From positions 668 through 64,667 of the forward strand of contig JAZDMX010000002.1 of assembly GCA_043800555.1 (NCBI GenBank): a stretch of DNA of 64,000 bases, read 5' to 3'. This document shows, in pieces, positions 15,001-20,654 of the stretch (position 1 is its first letter; every line of letters begins with the position of its first letter). The stretch comes from Candidatus Omnitrophota bacterium. Lineage in GTDB: Bacteria > Omnitrophota > Gorgyraeia > Gygaellales > Profunditerraquicolaceae. The notes under the pieces were generated by a model. The model saw only the letters and a program-made list of their open reading frames with translations, was not told the origin of the DNA and made no database searches. The translations under genes and the position numbers were made by a program.

Positions 15001-18000
15001 ATCTGATTCTTAATCTCTTTCCATTCACTTAACTGCTGCGGGGTCGGATCTTTATGCCAGATGTCGTTGGTAAGGGCGCCGGTCATGGTCCAGCCGTAAT
15101 TCAACCCTTCGGCCCCGGGCACGATAGACAAGCCATAATCAGAGCTTCCCAACGGCCTTATATACCACTTGGCTAAACGGGCAAAGGAAGAATCGCTGTC
15201 GCTAGAGCGTAAAATATCCGGGGTAATCCCGAGAGCTTTATAAGTCCTGGCGCTAAAACCTGCGGCCCCCAAAGTAGCCACTCCCAATATATCCCTTAAA
15301 GTGCTCGAGCTGAATACCCCGTCTAAGGCGTTTATCAACGGAGACGCCGGAGCCTGTAACCCGGCATTAACAAAACTGCTGCCAATGGCTACCCCGGGCT
15401 GAACGCTTTGGGTAATATTATCGAAAAACAGTTTGTTTTCTTTAATTTCAATCTCGCGGTTAGACTTTAACTCGCCGTTATCCTGGTATAAATTTTCCTT
15501 CCAGCTCGTATATCCGGAACCATTCGCCCAGTAATTACCGGTTATTACCGAAAGGGCTTTTGCGGGGCCGTTCTTATCTATTACGGTTTGAATCTGATTA
15601 GTTTGGTTAAATACGAGGTTGCCCCATTTGTCCTCGATGCTTAAATTATCAAACCTGGTCGCGGATAATTTATCGGTGTTTGAATACAATGTCAGCCTGC
15701 CGGACTGTAATACCGAATCGGCGTCGCGATAAGTGGTCATAAAGCTTAGCGGCAGGCCAAATACTTCCCGGAAGCTGGAAACTACCCCGATAATGCCCTC
15801 TGTGTTCCTTATGGCTCCGGATTGGTATATGTCGTGGGCCAACTGGCTCCATCCGGCGATAAAGCTGCTCTGCTGGCTTGATTTGGCATTATACAAAGAG
15901 AAGGTCCCGTTGCCGTTACTGACCCAGATATTGCCCGCCGCATCCATATACTTTAACCCGGAACGCACATTATTGCTCATAAAGATTTTGGCGTCACTGG
16001 AATCGCTGATCAGAATAAGGGTGGTTATCGTGCCGTCTTTTAAGGCCAAGCTCACTGTTGAACCGTTTCCTGTGGTTATGCCGTAGAATGAAGTTGAGGA
16101 CATCTGCTGCCGGAGCAATTCCTGCGTCTGCGGGGCGAATGTCGAGGTTAAGCTGCGCATATAGGATATTTCTCCCAACGCAGACTGTTCGCGCCCGCTA
16201 TATCCGAAACTAAGGGCATTTAATGAATCTCTGTATAAGGCATCGGTTACGCTGCTTAAGAAGCCCGTCTCAGGGATAAATGCCGACGGGGCCTTTGTTG
16301 AATTCAACGACTGGATATCCGTAGTCAAGGGCGAAAGCAAGCTCTCGGCCAAGCCCCTGATTGCGGCAGTTCCGGCGTCTGTCAGGTATGCTGCCATAAC
16401 CGCGGTCATATTCGGATTGTTCTTGAGTATTTCGGATTCTACTTTAGCCGCGCCTATAGCCAGAAAACCGGACAGCAGGCCCCGACTAATGCTCTGGTAT
16501 ACAGGCGTCTTGTCAAAATAAGAGCCGGCAACGCCTCCTATCCCTGAAGATATTGCCGAAACATACGGTAAATTATCCAAATCTTTGGAATTAAGCCCGA
16601 TTAGCCCGGGGTTACGGGTAATTATTTCTGCCGCGCCGCTGCCGATTAAACCGGAAATCAGCCTGCCTTTAGTTAAATCCCATGTTGCGCTGCCATAACT
16701 TAATATTCCGGCTTCTGTCAGATTAGGGTTATTTAAATTAGTTGCGTATATTTTACCGGCTGCCGTATCCACATACTGGCCGTTATAATTATAGAGTGCC
16801 CCGTTAACCGCGGTATTAACAGCCAGGCCCGCGGTATTGCCAAGATACATAGCAAGCACATTACTGTTAACTCCGAGGTCTGAAGCCAGCCGCGTAGCGT
16901 AGGTTCCGGCTGCATTCGTTAATGCCCCGCTAATACCGCGTTGCACCCAATGATCCTGGAGCCCGTTTGTTAATTTGCCCAACCCGCCAACCATTCCCAG
17001 TAAAGCTCCGCTGGCAAAAGAAGCGTATAGCTCCGCTTCCCTCTGGTTGACTCCAGTCAGGGTTAATGCGCCTGAAGACAAATAAGCTATTTGGCCGTTA
17101 GCCATACCTTGGAAGACGTTGCCAACGTTAGAGAAAAATCCCGGCGTCTTAACGCTTAACTGGGCGACAGGCGCTGTTGCAGGAGAAGTTAAACTGCTTG
17201 CAGTATACTGGTTCCAGGCATTTACCGCTAACCCTGCGGCTGTTCCGCCTGCGGCGTAAAAATACCAATTATCCCCAAACCAGTCCCCGGTTTTTAATCT
17301 ATTTACTGCCACTCCTGCCGCAGCTCCGGTCAAAGCATATCTTACATATGAGTTCATTCCCGCGTATGTCTGGCTGCTAAACCAACCCTTAACCGGGCTG
17401 GAAACATATTTGCTATATTCTTTAATCTTCTGCGCGTATGAAAAGATTATCGAAGTAGGGTCATTCCAGGAGCTCGCTACATAATTTGCGCCAAGCCCGG
17501 CAAGCGCTCCTCCGGCAGCATACAAATACCAGGAGTCCCCAAACCATTTTCCGGTAGTCAGGCTGTTAACGACGATTCCGGTAACAACTCCGGTTAAGGC
17601 GTATCTGGCATAAGAAGGCATCCCGGCGTATGTCCCGGTGCTAAACCAGCTTGAAGCTACGCTGGAAAATCCCGCCATCGCTAAAGACACCCCTACGCTT
17701 ATTGCCAAATCTTTCACAAAAGCAGCCTCGGCTTTATTGCGTAAAGAAGAAACTTCGCTCTTTAAACTATTCAGGGTTTTTTCTCTGATATACTGTATCT
17801 CGGCTGCGGAAGCATGCTTATTCCAGACAGACGGGGTGGTCGCCCCCAGGATCTTCTTGCTCTCTGAAACAGGTAATGCCTGTAAGCCATCCGGCAGAAA
17901 GCTGACCAGGCAATAACCGCTGAAACCGTTTAAGAATTTATCTTTCGGCAGGAACTCTTCCCTGTGATTGTCGCTAAAGTAAACCTTGTCTCCGGTTACG

Positions 18001-18701
18001 CGGGTAACCAGGACGTAATGATCGCCGTTTAAGTGGGCAATAAAAGGAGCTAAAGATTCCAAACCGCGGGTATTGGATTCTAAAGCAGTATCGATTTTAA
18101 CCGGGTAAAGTTTTTGGCCAAAAAATATGGCTGCCTGGGACAAAGCGTAAAGGGAATTCTTGATGACCTTGGGGTTGCCTTCCGGCTTGATGATATCATT
18201 TAGTATATCTACGGACAAAACAAATACCGCGATATCCTGCTCTTCAACCTTAACCCCTTTATAGCTTAAGAAGTCATAAAGGGCCTTGGAACCGCAAGGC
18301 TTGCCCAATAACCAGTTATAAAGCTCATCTATCCTCTGATTGGACATTTTCAGAGGCTTGTCCAGGTTTATAGTCAGGTTATCCGAGATTTTTATGGCTG
18401 TTACCGGTTTATTGGCTATATCTTTGAGGATTCTCTTTACTGCTTGAGGGATATTGACATTTTGGACATTTTGAAGGTAATTCGGGGCTATTATACTGCC
18501 GGAGGGAAGGCCTATAGCCGGTTTACTCCAGAGCACGCGCCAATCGTATTCTACTGCTTGCGCTGCCTGTTCAGGCAAGAAGACCGCGGCCACAATAAAA
18601 GCTACCACGCGAATCCAAGCCTTGAAACTAGAGTGGAACTTTTCCTTGGATTTTTCTTGGATAACTTTCCGGTCTTCTGTCTGTTGCTTTTGCTTTATCA
18701 T
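1..18701 (-). CDS. Giant multidomain protein, 5' portion only (at least 6,233 codons within the window). The ORF runs off the window at position 1, so no stop is seen. Contains an N-terminal signal-anchor, a papain-like/C39-like peptidase motif, two tandem Gly-zipper repeats, an SF2/DEAD-like ATPase core, an HExxH motif and a Ser/Gly-rich low-complexity C-terminal tract.
   Basis: No complete ORF of 60 aa or more is reported in the minus frame whose end is congruent to 2 mod 3 anywhere in 1-18701, while the other five frames are littered with short ORFs. A manual codon walk from ATG at 18699-18701 (in-frame TAG upstream at 18717-18719) reaches position 1 without a stop. N-terminus MIKQKQQ...AWIRVVAFIVAAVFLPEQAAQA. 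Cys at codon 136 (LLGKPCGSKALYDF) and His at codon 228 (GDHYVLVTRVTGDKVYFSDN). Walker-A-like QQSSGGGKTFAFPVE (about 6528-6552), DEFH (about 6152-6172), RGATGIDYKG/AINRNNR (about 5260-5290). HEITHTLLDAIGH (2430-2444). Confidence 0.85.
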   Translation of the reverse strand, partial: MIKQKQQTEDRKVIQEKSKEKFHSSFKAWIRVVAFIVAAVFLPEQAAQAVEYDWRVLWSKPAIGLPSGSIIAPNYLQNVQNVNIPQAVKRILKDIANKPVTAIKISDNLTINLDKPLKMSNQRIDELYNWLLGKPCGSKALYDFLSYKGVKVEEQDIAVFVLSVDILNDIIKPEGNPKVIKNSLYALSQAAIFFGQKLYPVKIDTALESNTRGLESLAPFIAHLNGDHYVLVTRVTGDKVYFSDNHREEFLPKDKFLNGFSGYCLVSFLPDGLQALPVSESKKILGATTPSVWNKHASAAEIQYIREKTLNSLKSEVSSLRNKAEAAFVKDLAISVGVSLAMAGFSSVASSWFSTGTYAGMPSYARYALTGVVTGIVVNSLTTGKWFGDSWYLYAAGGALAGLGANYVASSWNDPTSIIFSYAQKIKEYSKYVSSPVKGWFSSQTYAGMNSYVRYALTGAAAGVAVNRLKTGDWFGDNWYFYAAGGTAAGLAVNAWNQYTASSLTSPATAPVAQLSVKTPGFFSNVGNVFQGMANGQIAYLSSGALTLTGVNQREAELYASFASGALLGMVGGLGKLTNGLQDHWVQRGISGALTNAAGTYATRLASDLGVNSNVLAMYLGNTAGLAVNTAVNGALYNYNGQYVDTAAGKIYATNLNNPNLTEAGILSYGSATWDLTKGRLISGLIGSGAAEIITRNPGLIGLNSKDLDNLPYVSAISSGIGGVAGSYFDKTPVYQSISRGLLSGFLAIGAAKVESEILKNNPNMTAVMAAYLTDAGTAAIRGLAESLLSPLTTDIQSLNSTKAPSAFIPETGFLSSVTDALYRDSLNALSFGYSGREQSALGEISYMRSLTSTFAPQTQELLRQQMSSTSFYGITTGNGSTVSLALKDGTITTLILISDSSDAKIFMSNNVRSGLKYMDAAGNIWVSNGNGTFSLYNAKSSQQSSFIAGWSQLAHDIYQSGAIRNTEGIIGVVSSFREVFGLPLSFMTTYRDADSVLQSGRLTLYSNTDKLSATRFDNLSIEDKWGNLVFNQTNQIQTVIDKNGPAKALSVITGNYWANGSGYTSWKENLYQDNGELKSNREIEIKENKLFFDNITQSVQPGVAIGSSFVNAGLQAPASPLINALDGVFSSSTLRDILGVATLGAAGFSARTYKALGITPDILRSSDSDSSFARLAKWYIRPLGSSDYGLSIVPGAEGLNYGWTMTGALTNDIWHKDPTPQQLSEWKEIKNQIRMAAASLSANDAQLDFQEAYRRVVTSDKWKNKLIDLGLASVSLDVYASGKPVPGEEIFLQDGLSIVASDGQKIVVRANGGNIEGALVTNSASHKDIMGNFQPLWHRWSGQWMLDGAYLDNTHITKDTAAAMFKSLGLQKEAEQVAAGKLDTAFGFGVARANQVFEVASGNLYNVIGSGDRLNALMWQSQGGIVNALGPRGHSIWNVITDPSAIRVEGLSGSAVLKKEANNILVSGAKVSGEAPGGFAWDMETGRTTLKLANGQLLPTSSFTLTSTTKDGKPARGEGYDGVKRLFALAPSDYLVPGAGGSDKTDISSLKPGLATLDWQIAKEQNLVAIIPENGKVNMMNGALRPIANDRYYNRGDMVGALAQTDRGPMPVKFSYGIKERISIGADGMWRSETKPQKAYISGTLGQKVEITGSIARNQNGLKAIVYHEVPVGAMLDSERSTDGIVNLFLGAKGATLITNNGVNVPLSKAEDAKYLYNGKPLVLTKSALTFIDAAALAVPEGKSTNAATAVRGQAAIINLESKTESGAAIGDGFIEFTAKGVPWGIAPSGTVGPAVLDGTIVTGATRAPVTAAGYLFERLQGVPIQHGQLDLDPKNWAWPLRGASGSDYSRMIPLADKDYQIFSVSGSEKAQLLTGEFSARIGQRINYNNGSIAVEFLGKGNGEFSSVLAENKPHYLKTVMSGKKSLEAGIQGIWAQGAHWGIEASVDPSKKQGILLVNNSLMPYIPGSSPDAVKGAKGSDIRFTRDSYRFYVRYFDKQYGIMYKGVLPFEIGSSDSDPRAFRAAPLTGVSGTTLIASSGMSIGRATIKGDQLISHMAPNGPDFKGTSAKMRVFYPQQAAKPIVKDVMDSDYFGATFKITSVVRPVGRVVNDSKFEIFNEIISQNSKIIGGILPNDSTGKPQKVPVTYVDKVLCFAVDNNVVVPSKWLPLLSPYMIPENTTGSSDSAASNIASRIIAFGLDLETHKFLDDSQVPVNIQVDTKDQISVAPLFGQLGTRLVLTGTGKVGEQAILNNPAGSRYVSTLEAIDGRAVQSWEGTSEGVQVQQSARERIVNAPVSSNDNSGSGIILTARGVNAPVLAFEPDSNGSAANPQGGSWKTISLKWDGLPAMSLKSSGSKEPLQLSIAKNADKTDIPGVWEAALSRDHAVDVPLADLKGHLLSLDNSSNETVSGKRISSDRLFSFGATDPSARLNNKVRLDEGSLPVSINPDNMQSRLMTQDAGTQFTAVQGIKLGNQEVSSGKYISTIDIKAGGASGRGELTHTFTGSLPGTAVKLASGEYQLMSDGQWAKMELASIGGPAGGLSIPDNVAASLKIIAGSFGQIGGWLTYASGEIANLAGAKNDSAYYLRQSKEFTAEGLAQLGYFDAKAGRYLEKGIDAGFATLFTGATAFGSGADYLLGYMTGINTLKQWGNEAWTRTNLHAIRSIPGLFYSEPTRKSIYGYLEENGSIRVDRVGDNSQDWDLIDPGTGFKIKASEAGGLGSLKAGIEEGNYLINNGYAASGLYELAIAYLGKAGMTAIELGVLKNAGFSITNSSIQFAAVSDVLANQISYMSSGKALTFGQDALINFSFINPAVTQSVALTVGIPNAVSAGRSVYDNRSKINSVANFGESVWNGFLPRDANFALVAAGLTGPLGKSIAAGEGYALARSVFSQSALWGQVNAITGASLAALNGDGQRITASNVLTSYAQGAANGAIFGAIFGASSAIVNLSSASAISNMIKEYPLISSIAIGAGAFPLAKTIIESESSDQDFLSRLASNSNLLNYARGAVIGLGAWYGLKTGMITGSGLDRFGYGFAVGATAKAGVNLTGDLITGNTKPLRAYIMDAVSGGFLGGLTALYIGKQGMEITRNLKTFGGAGALQETKVLGILNLSKAVGPELLYNRALAGAIEWTAVSPAFTFGGALWNGVFYKAGLLDVHSDSAKGWLMVERGLGKDKNGSFKPVYGPLTMTDILQSAVTGPRSGLWMKPMIEVFQMKTSKAPALTSGGLFEKIINIGRLGLEKSGLQKNAADGIVFKAINPTAGALGRAISFGKWIDSSVIWMPGFVSGVDKAVALADSVLANAAGIQLDARPLKDLQTGKQGSVNINGKEIPLFSVNGYLSGGEKEAFKWLPFFMAPSLEPSLIDRAGATALSREDFYAFKGILRENGGNFEQAVAKMTGFSSAVKDNFIKFAHDNLGEPEGVTRAVLEGQANFIWDKGNNFKKAFDAVLKGNQEGVIGYLNDFVAQRNSYPSEGIKTEALADNGPQVQTEINKIKELSSNHGNYVLVRKVVDASIINFRSGTGLLDFATSDEAARVSKAAIGDTTDIAFRFPGRKDIILKLGIDRAIKTKALDSLFESARKSGSLIKGIELGEIWRDGLTDNLKKRFETTLTANLSAITDKAVKREYVSSVMSEVESLAYQRAQGKEPAITGKYKDYFHARERRISAYLEGADLSRIHQLQLSELGLLKKGLVDAYNAQDKKTAFGKIKDFYPDSKGSSKALESTWGLIGEYVRAAKITTPITDLDGFVKLAPNAILKELVDNVSAAEYRRQIKRFENLSAALEALRALRNILNAGITADTLNTEAGAVNNLLGELSTVCSNKDYARLSAAKENTASLIEIAGGLLYGRLEGENTVELKARNRLGRFIDSIQAREGSLFSKALEKIKDSPLANEKITFSVEQLSEYSSEIGRFYSMKDMEKAASGFNIGALTLTQDLKVGIKEGASLDDVIKLQPIVDSINAYLGKIIFQDGSLFIAGLRPDAFIAQNIKSNKEGRNNESEIYGIVIASALKYMEGKFGKGFSRDTAEGQLRMIVGLSKGGSVQQSSGGGKTFAFPVEMALLAALKAEGIGGKLVYKNNEVLVIKNSDEMGQALSSGVKANELNNAEFLGQFGLEIKNGDALDNETDSGKLKDVLRDAKMITVFSMDKFGHLRNRTDDPDLMRAIYNHDVVRFDEFHIPFSDKTTFISSYGAEKLVDKSPAKISRAEEVFGIIEPLFENGTISRETGIEEARANKKASFYEQNGVTVISRQALDILKDRGIGKEEVGAYLAARDAQSQGNFTVLGNKIVPSNRGEAQAKKVFSEEGFLAAIYARVAAQKEKLGYSGKDISLIKNNLEISKSSSQATLSEMLRFKKNASIAGASGTMESVRSMLLFNIGNRVLTAHESKGLETAEIMPLNAKDINLAVTKGLIVFVKDRDARAAIKANLEGKGLTVTEIKEGTSAGDILDISKRIGEDRLIVLSNERGATGIDYKGAFDLIVADAHNWTSSDLIQAINRNNRSLREDIEEGKRLVYYEDGKLSVDNLDTRTMKKIEEIGAIGKFIPQAVGEGDGDYYRRKVEYSSKAKEALETSDALVFQVREAAMSRGIIEKLKTMVVQANTLGDTGLSSRLQELLKEAIEHKESYKVVISETGQAPEVRIRMALEEVALKAEDIFQKVVNEPNAPDFLRSNARSVLAEAARILDKYDSIAYNDKASFQDASGLLGVAEVAKSPEGLQKSVLPDEIRNSNFDSSHPVVQIIENARFNTADAPRGQTGELSLEARQKILGQLEAARLANGVRGSPDALINTILPYTPQSSPFYQVLEGFRNQANAIQANNVNYFDYLQNMVEQINAYIYPTDENSAGYNFIPTFEKFSFNRFKLADALVALVDPNYTYDSLASAAGAYRLLTPGAQQAALFYESGKEALLRAYLRNPAYFVKGLLAGSGSQMFYLYNSVINRENAFGRRAAADYQKANAAFTREITSLSKIANQNDSVTAASKLRGLLEKSPDIFNNTGTDLLGFYAIFSSYRLFTQDILAQDKALRDYLTELTEKRDLSSAEQDILSFFGASSSLSNFTDMFFKEATTLADFAGINSRYSAELKKQLEKNPSMEKYAKRIKSIGEYFPSGDSLAAGGLPDGLQESFETFTDNMQDQLDYSAPAQGMLRTYLYDRYYRSYKMMQKAILDVGKAEVNVIPVITGEKGALLIDNTPSTVTISSLFSQGQDYLPADMNSARTIAAYRNLRKVAAQEGGAGIFYTPYFRAEMLRRQALGLIALSGSLIAARDGKTKEIQEAALTGELGAGFIKQYLHKITSKLESYLNKLEQESVNKPQDEKEETAVKIARARDVIANIGSAGNLQGVYGALGKELQLIFRLDEEIEKASANTYEGDYGLADSTISEYGYNINLNSRLLLDEQGGLRPGWRGDLLTVIIPHEITHTLLDAIGHIAGLSDLEIGNAANEEIVDSIVEKNELGSLMPFRRFEFGGGGAKTDLSSPAGQAMLRELRLSKAQTLAAQAPLEVFVHPALPGWEVTVEQRAVFGGEAYSRPYGSWNFATQEGADHFAGIKRAELSGEQTDKASSSLVTSLQAQKPEGLSSSAPLAQKPVVAKASSNRQFEDIGGIKGEILRGIHMDYLRDSLSIGIENKGHLIERLAGAGMPTSHIGIANYQDAANICFSLSESYDYLLPGGFADQYNAYRHGARELTAGMDNFDGRVTLIISRAKVEGEGGVLNTEGRLINVSNAREKGVLSPNVIIGIIVNRIFADQVFEITRGTGKDRLPVFDIEGNLIKEEDVPQIHGTDAYKKWYATRKPVVEKEMAGSKSKKLLEVIREAFNIKSQDPNEINAGFVGKVKGIIGNIDTKFGKAEWGALKARLQKAGKEAGPVVSFIESLIMQSMKQQPSASGQRPLSPTLKALTEYIEQGGWVAASSPLAQKQVIIAEAVKAALAVGGSGGGSIGKGVLGEGNGPGGSQREVPLPLTEKKETALPASSPVTIPNTASSSTPVGSLVGAISSSSIVNPVNPAMLPGLNARLKVVSSPLSLITSNGKLHLAGLAPPAGSLTDSYSKLVSGFRQIRAQISAVVAEAVSNLANVLRSLAGSRSAISRDGEAGQGAEGASGNTGNLAQGAGKDVGAAVRTYTAAKVIPGPETAKTSGAKSASSSITAKAGISGSATSNPTISSSPAVGLKTWIYTFIQITAREKMIELLSSGTKKFGMKDTPENRKKFEGYLTRKNGNKANIKEQTWIT
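17195..17650 (-). repeat. Intragenic tandem repeat (2 x about 65 codons) inside the giant gene, encoding glycine-zipper-like hydrophobic units (WF..TYAGM.SY.RYALTG...V.VN.L.TG.WFGD.WY.YAAGG.AGL..N)
   Basis: Direct translation gives two consecutive, clearly homologous units; the DNA shows the corresponding about 200-bp tandem duplication. Confidence 0.6.
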
Positions 18702-19105
18702 TTTATATTTATATTTCTATATACACAAAATGCAATATAAAAGTTTCCCCTTACCCCATCACTCTTCTTAGATTGAATGAGAAAATTCTTCATATTGGTT
18801 TTATAAAGCGTTTATTAAATACTTTACTAAGCCGCTAAAAATAAATCCGAGCTGTCAAATATATCGTCGGTATTTCGGCAGCTCGGCTATCCTTTGATAA
18901 TCCCGATGTTTTAACTTCTCTTAGGACCCGTAGCTTTGCGTCCTCAAATTGCTCTGAGTTTGCCATTTCGTTAGTTGTTGTTGGTTGTTCCAATCACAAC
19001 CAGAGTATAACACACAGCTCGTCGCTGTCAAGAAGAAATTCCACTTTTTTTGGTAGCGCTTTCCCGGTCAAAAACCCCCTGTTTTTACTGCACTTTTAAA
19101 TGCAA

Positions 19106-19214
19106 AAAAAGGGGGACGTTTCTACTTTTCCGGCAACTTGAAGCGTGAAAAAGGGGGACGTTTCTACTTTTCCGGCAACTTGAAGCGTGAAAAGTAGAAA
19201 CGTCCCCCTTTTTC
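19106..19214. repeat. Palindromic hairpin repeat, copy 1 (complex form: left arm + loop duplicated, then right arm)
   Basis: GAAAAAGGGGGACGTTTCTACTTTTC at 19106-19130 and again at 19147-19172. Loop CGGCAACTTGAAGCGT twice. Right arm GAAAAGTAGAAACGTCCCCCTTTTTC at 19189-19214. Confidence 0.9.
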
Positions 19215-19255
19215 CCACCAGAATGGACAATATTTTAAAAGTAGAAACGTCTCCC
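19215..19255. repeat. Left inverted-repeat module (CCACCAGAATGGACAATATT + degenerate hairpin half-arm AAAAGTAGAAACGTCTCCC) flanking the porin gene
   Basis: Reverse complement matches 20501-20542 (19/20 in the 20-mer; half-arm about 16/20). Contains a plus-strand ATG (19223) followed by the codons MDNILKVETSPS and a stop. Confidence 0.8.
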
Positions 19256-19304
19256 TCTTAGAATGGACATTAGTAAGAGAGTTTTAGGGCAGAATGGACA
19301 ATAA

Positions 19305-20534
19305 TCAGAAGCTAATCAGGAGCCTTAAGCCACAAACAACCTCAATATCAACCGTCTGGTCAGCATCGGGATTAGTAACTATTTGTATGCTCGGAGTCAA
19401 GGTGAGCGCGGGTTTTAAGCTGTAACTGTAATAGGCTTCGTAAATTGTCTCCGCCCTAGCGGCATCATTTACTTGCCGGTAATCATGGCCCATAATAGAT
19501 TGGGCGACTCCCGCGCCTAAACAATCAAATTTGCGTCCGGCAACAGGCTCGGTTATCTGGCCGCCGCAAGACCAGAAATATGCGATGTCGCTTACTTTCG
19601 GATCGGCAAAGCCGTAACGTAAAAACAAAGTTGCGCGCCCGGTTATTGCCTGGTCAAAGCTCAATCCCCAGCTTAGGCTATTCTCCTGGGTTTTATCGCT
19701 ATTGATACGGCTTGATTTCTTATGATTGATACTCAGGATAAACCGGTAATTACCTTTTAACGCGCCGAATTCAGAAGACAATCCTAATTCATTGATAAAG
19801 AAAGAACTGCTAAAAGCGTTGCTTAATCCTGTTTTTGTGGAACTTGCCTTGGCGCTAGAGGCTCCTGCCTGAAAATATACCCAATCATTAGGGGTAAAAC
19901 TCGCCATCGCCCCTATCCCCTTAGCCGGGAAAGGAAGGGCCAGATTGTTTACCAAAGCGCTGGATAGGAATTGCGTATCCGCGGAATTGGCAACATCATT
20001 ACAATCGAACCAATAGGATAAATCCAGTTTCCCCGCGGCAAGAAATACCTTCTGGCCGGCGAGCGTTTGCTCCAGATATAACACGGGTATGTAAAGATTG
20101 GCGTCATCCCCGGAATTATCATTAAAGCCGGAAAAGGTAGGCAGCAATTTATCCACGCCCTTACCCCTGTCCACTTCAAGCTCCGTAAATAACTCCGCGC
20201 CCTGCCAAAGCCTCTGCGCCGCTTCAATGTTCCAATACCAAACCCCTTGGCTCCTGCCTTTATCATTTGGGCCGTCCAATATCGCCTGCTGGGTATAATT
20301 CAGGAGGAAGGCAAACTTTGTCCCGTATTTTTCAGTTAAATTTCCCCGGTAATCGCTAAAATTATTGAACCAGTTTCTCTTAATTATTCCCTGGCTCCTG
20401 ATTTCTTCCTGCGCGGATATTTCCAGGGGCGTGGGAGCGGCGTTTGTATAGGAAGGAAACCCCAGCAGGAACATTAAGGCGAGACTCCCGTAAATGAAAA
20501 AGGGGGAGGTTTCTACTTTTAAGATATTGTCCAT
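19305..20534 (-). CDS. OprB-family (carbohydrate-selective) porin-like outer-membrane beta-barrel protein
   Basis: 409-aa ORF ending in a C-terminal Phe (…GLRLLISF), the typical OMP beta-signal. The LTEKYGTKFAFLLNYTQQAILDG region resembles the OprB family signature. The N-terminal 13 codons (MDNILKVETSPFF) are encoded by the repeat module. An alternative start at M21 (20474) has a GGGAG Shine-Dalgarno-like motif about 10 nt upstream but would leave only a 12-aa signal peptide. Confidence 0.6.
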   Translation of the reverse strand: MDNILKVETSPFFIYGSLALMFLLGFPSYTNAAPTPLEISAQEEIRSQGIIKRNWFNNFSDYRGNLTEKYGTKFAFLLNYTQQAILDGPNDKGRSQGVWYWNIEAAQRLWQGAELFTELEVDRGKGVDKLLPTFSGFNDNSGDDANLYIPVLYLEQTLAGQKVFLAAGKLDLSYWFDCNDVANSADTQFLSSALVNNLALPFPAKGIGAMASFTPNDWVYFQAGASSAKASSTKTGLSNAFSSSFFINELGLSSEFGALKGNYRFILSINHKKSSRINSDKTQENSLSWGLSFDQAITGRATLFLRYGFADPKVSDIAYFWSCGGQITEPVAGRKFDCLGAGVAQSIMGHDYRQVNDAARAETIYEAYYSYSLKPALTLTPSIQIVTNPDADQTVDIEVVCGLRLLISF

Positions 20535-20542
20535 TCTGGTGG
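20496..20542. repeat. Right inverted-repeat module (degenerate hairpin half-arm GAAAAAGGGGGAGGTTTCTACTTTT + AAGATATTGTCCATTCTGGTGG), inverted partner of 19215-19255; overlaps the porin start codon
   Basis: Sequence identity to the reverse complement of 19215-19255. The ATG of the porin ORF (20532-20534) lies inside it. Confidence 0.8.
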
Positions 20543-20638
20543 GAAAAAGGGGGACGTTTCTACTTTTCCGGCAGTCAGGTTTGAGAAAAGTAGAAACGTC
20601 CCCCTTTTTCCGCGGAAAAGTAGAAACGTCCCCGTTTT
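20543..20638. repeat. Palindromic hairpin repeat, copy 2 (left arm, loop CGGCAGTCAGGTTTGA, right arm, plus a second tandem right arm)
   Basis: Perfect 24-bp arms at 20543-20568 and 20585-20610; extra right arm GAAAAGTAGAAACGTCCCCGTTTT at 20615-20638. Confidence 0.9.
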
Positions 20639-20654
20639 CGCCATTTTCGTTACA

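Noticed and set aside
257-16086. About 40 plus-strand ORFs of 60-250 aa listed in the ORF track across 1-18700 (e.g. 601..1353, 5299..5739, 6295..6783, 14211..14678)
   Set aside because: They are antisense or out-of-frame to a single unbroken minus-strand reading frame (the giant gene). They have low-complexity, Ser/Pro/Leu-rich translations typical of shadow ORFs, with no motifs.
20475-20534. Whether the porin N-terminal extension MDNILKVETSPFFIYGSLAL is real coding sequence or an ORF-caller artefact from the repeat
   Set aside because: Not fully rejected. The extension is repeat-derived. It is kept as the annotated start because without it the signal peptide would be only 12 aa. The internal M21 start, which has a GGGAG SD-like motif, is noted as an alternative.
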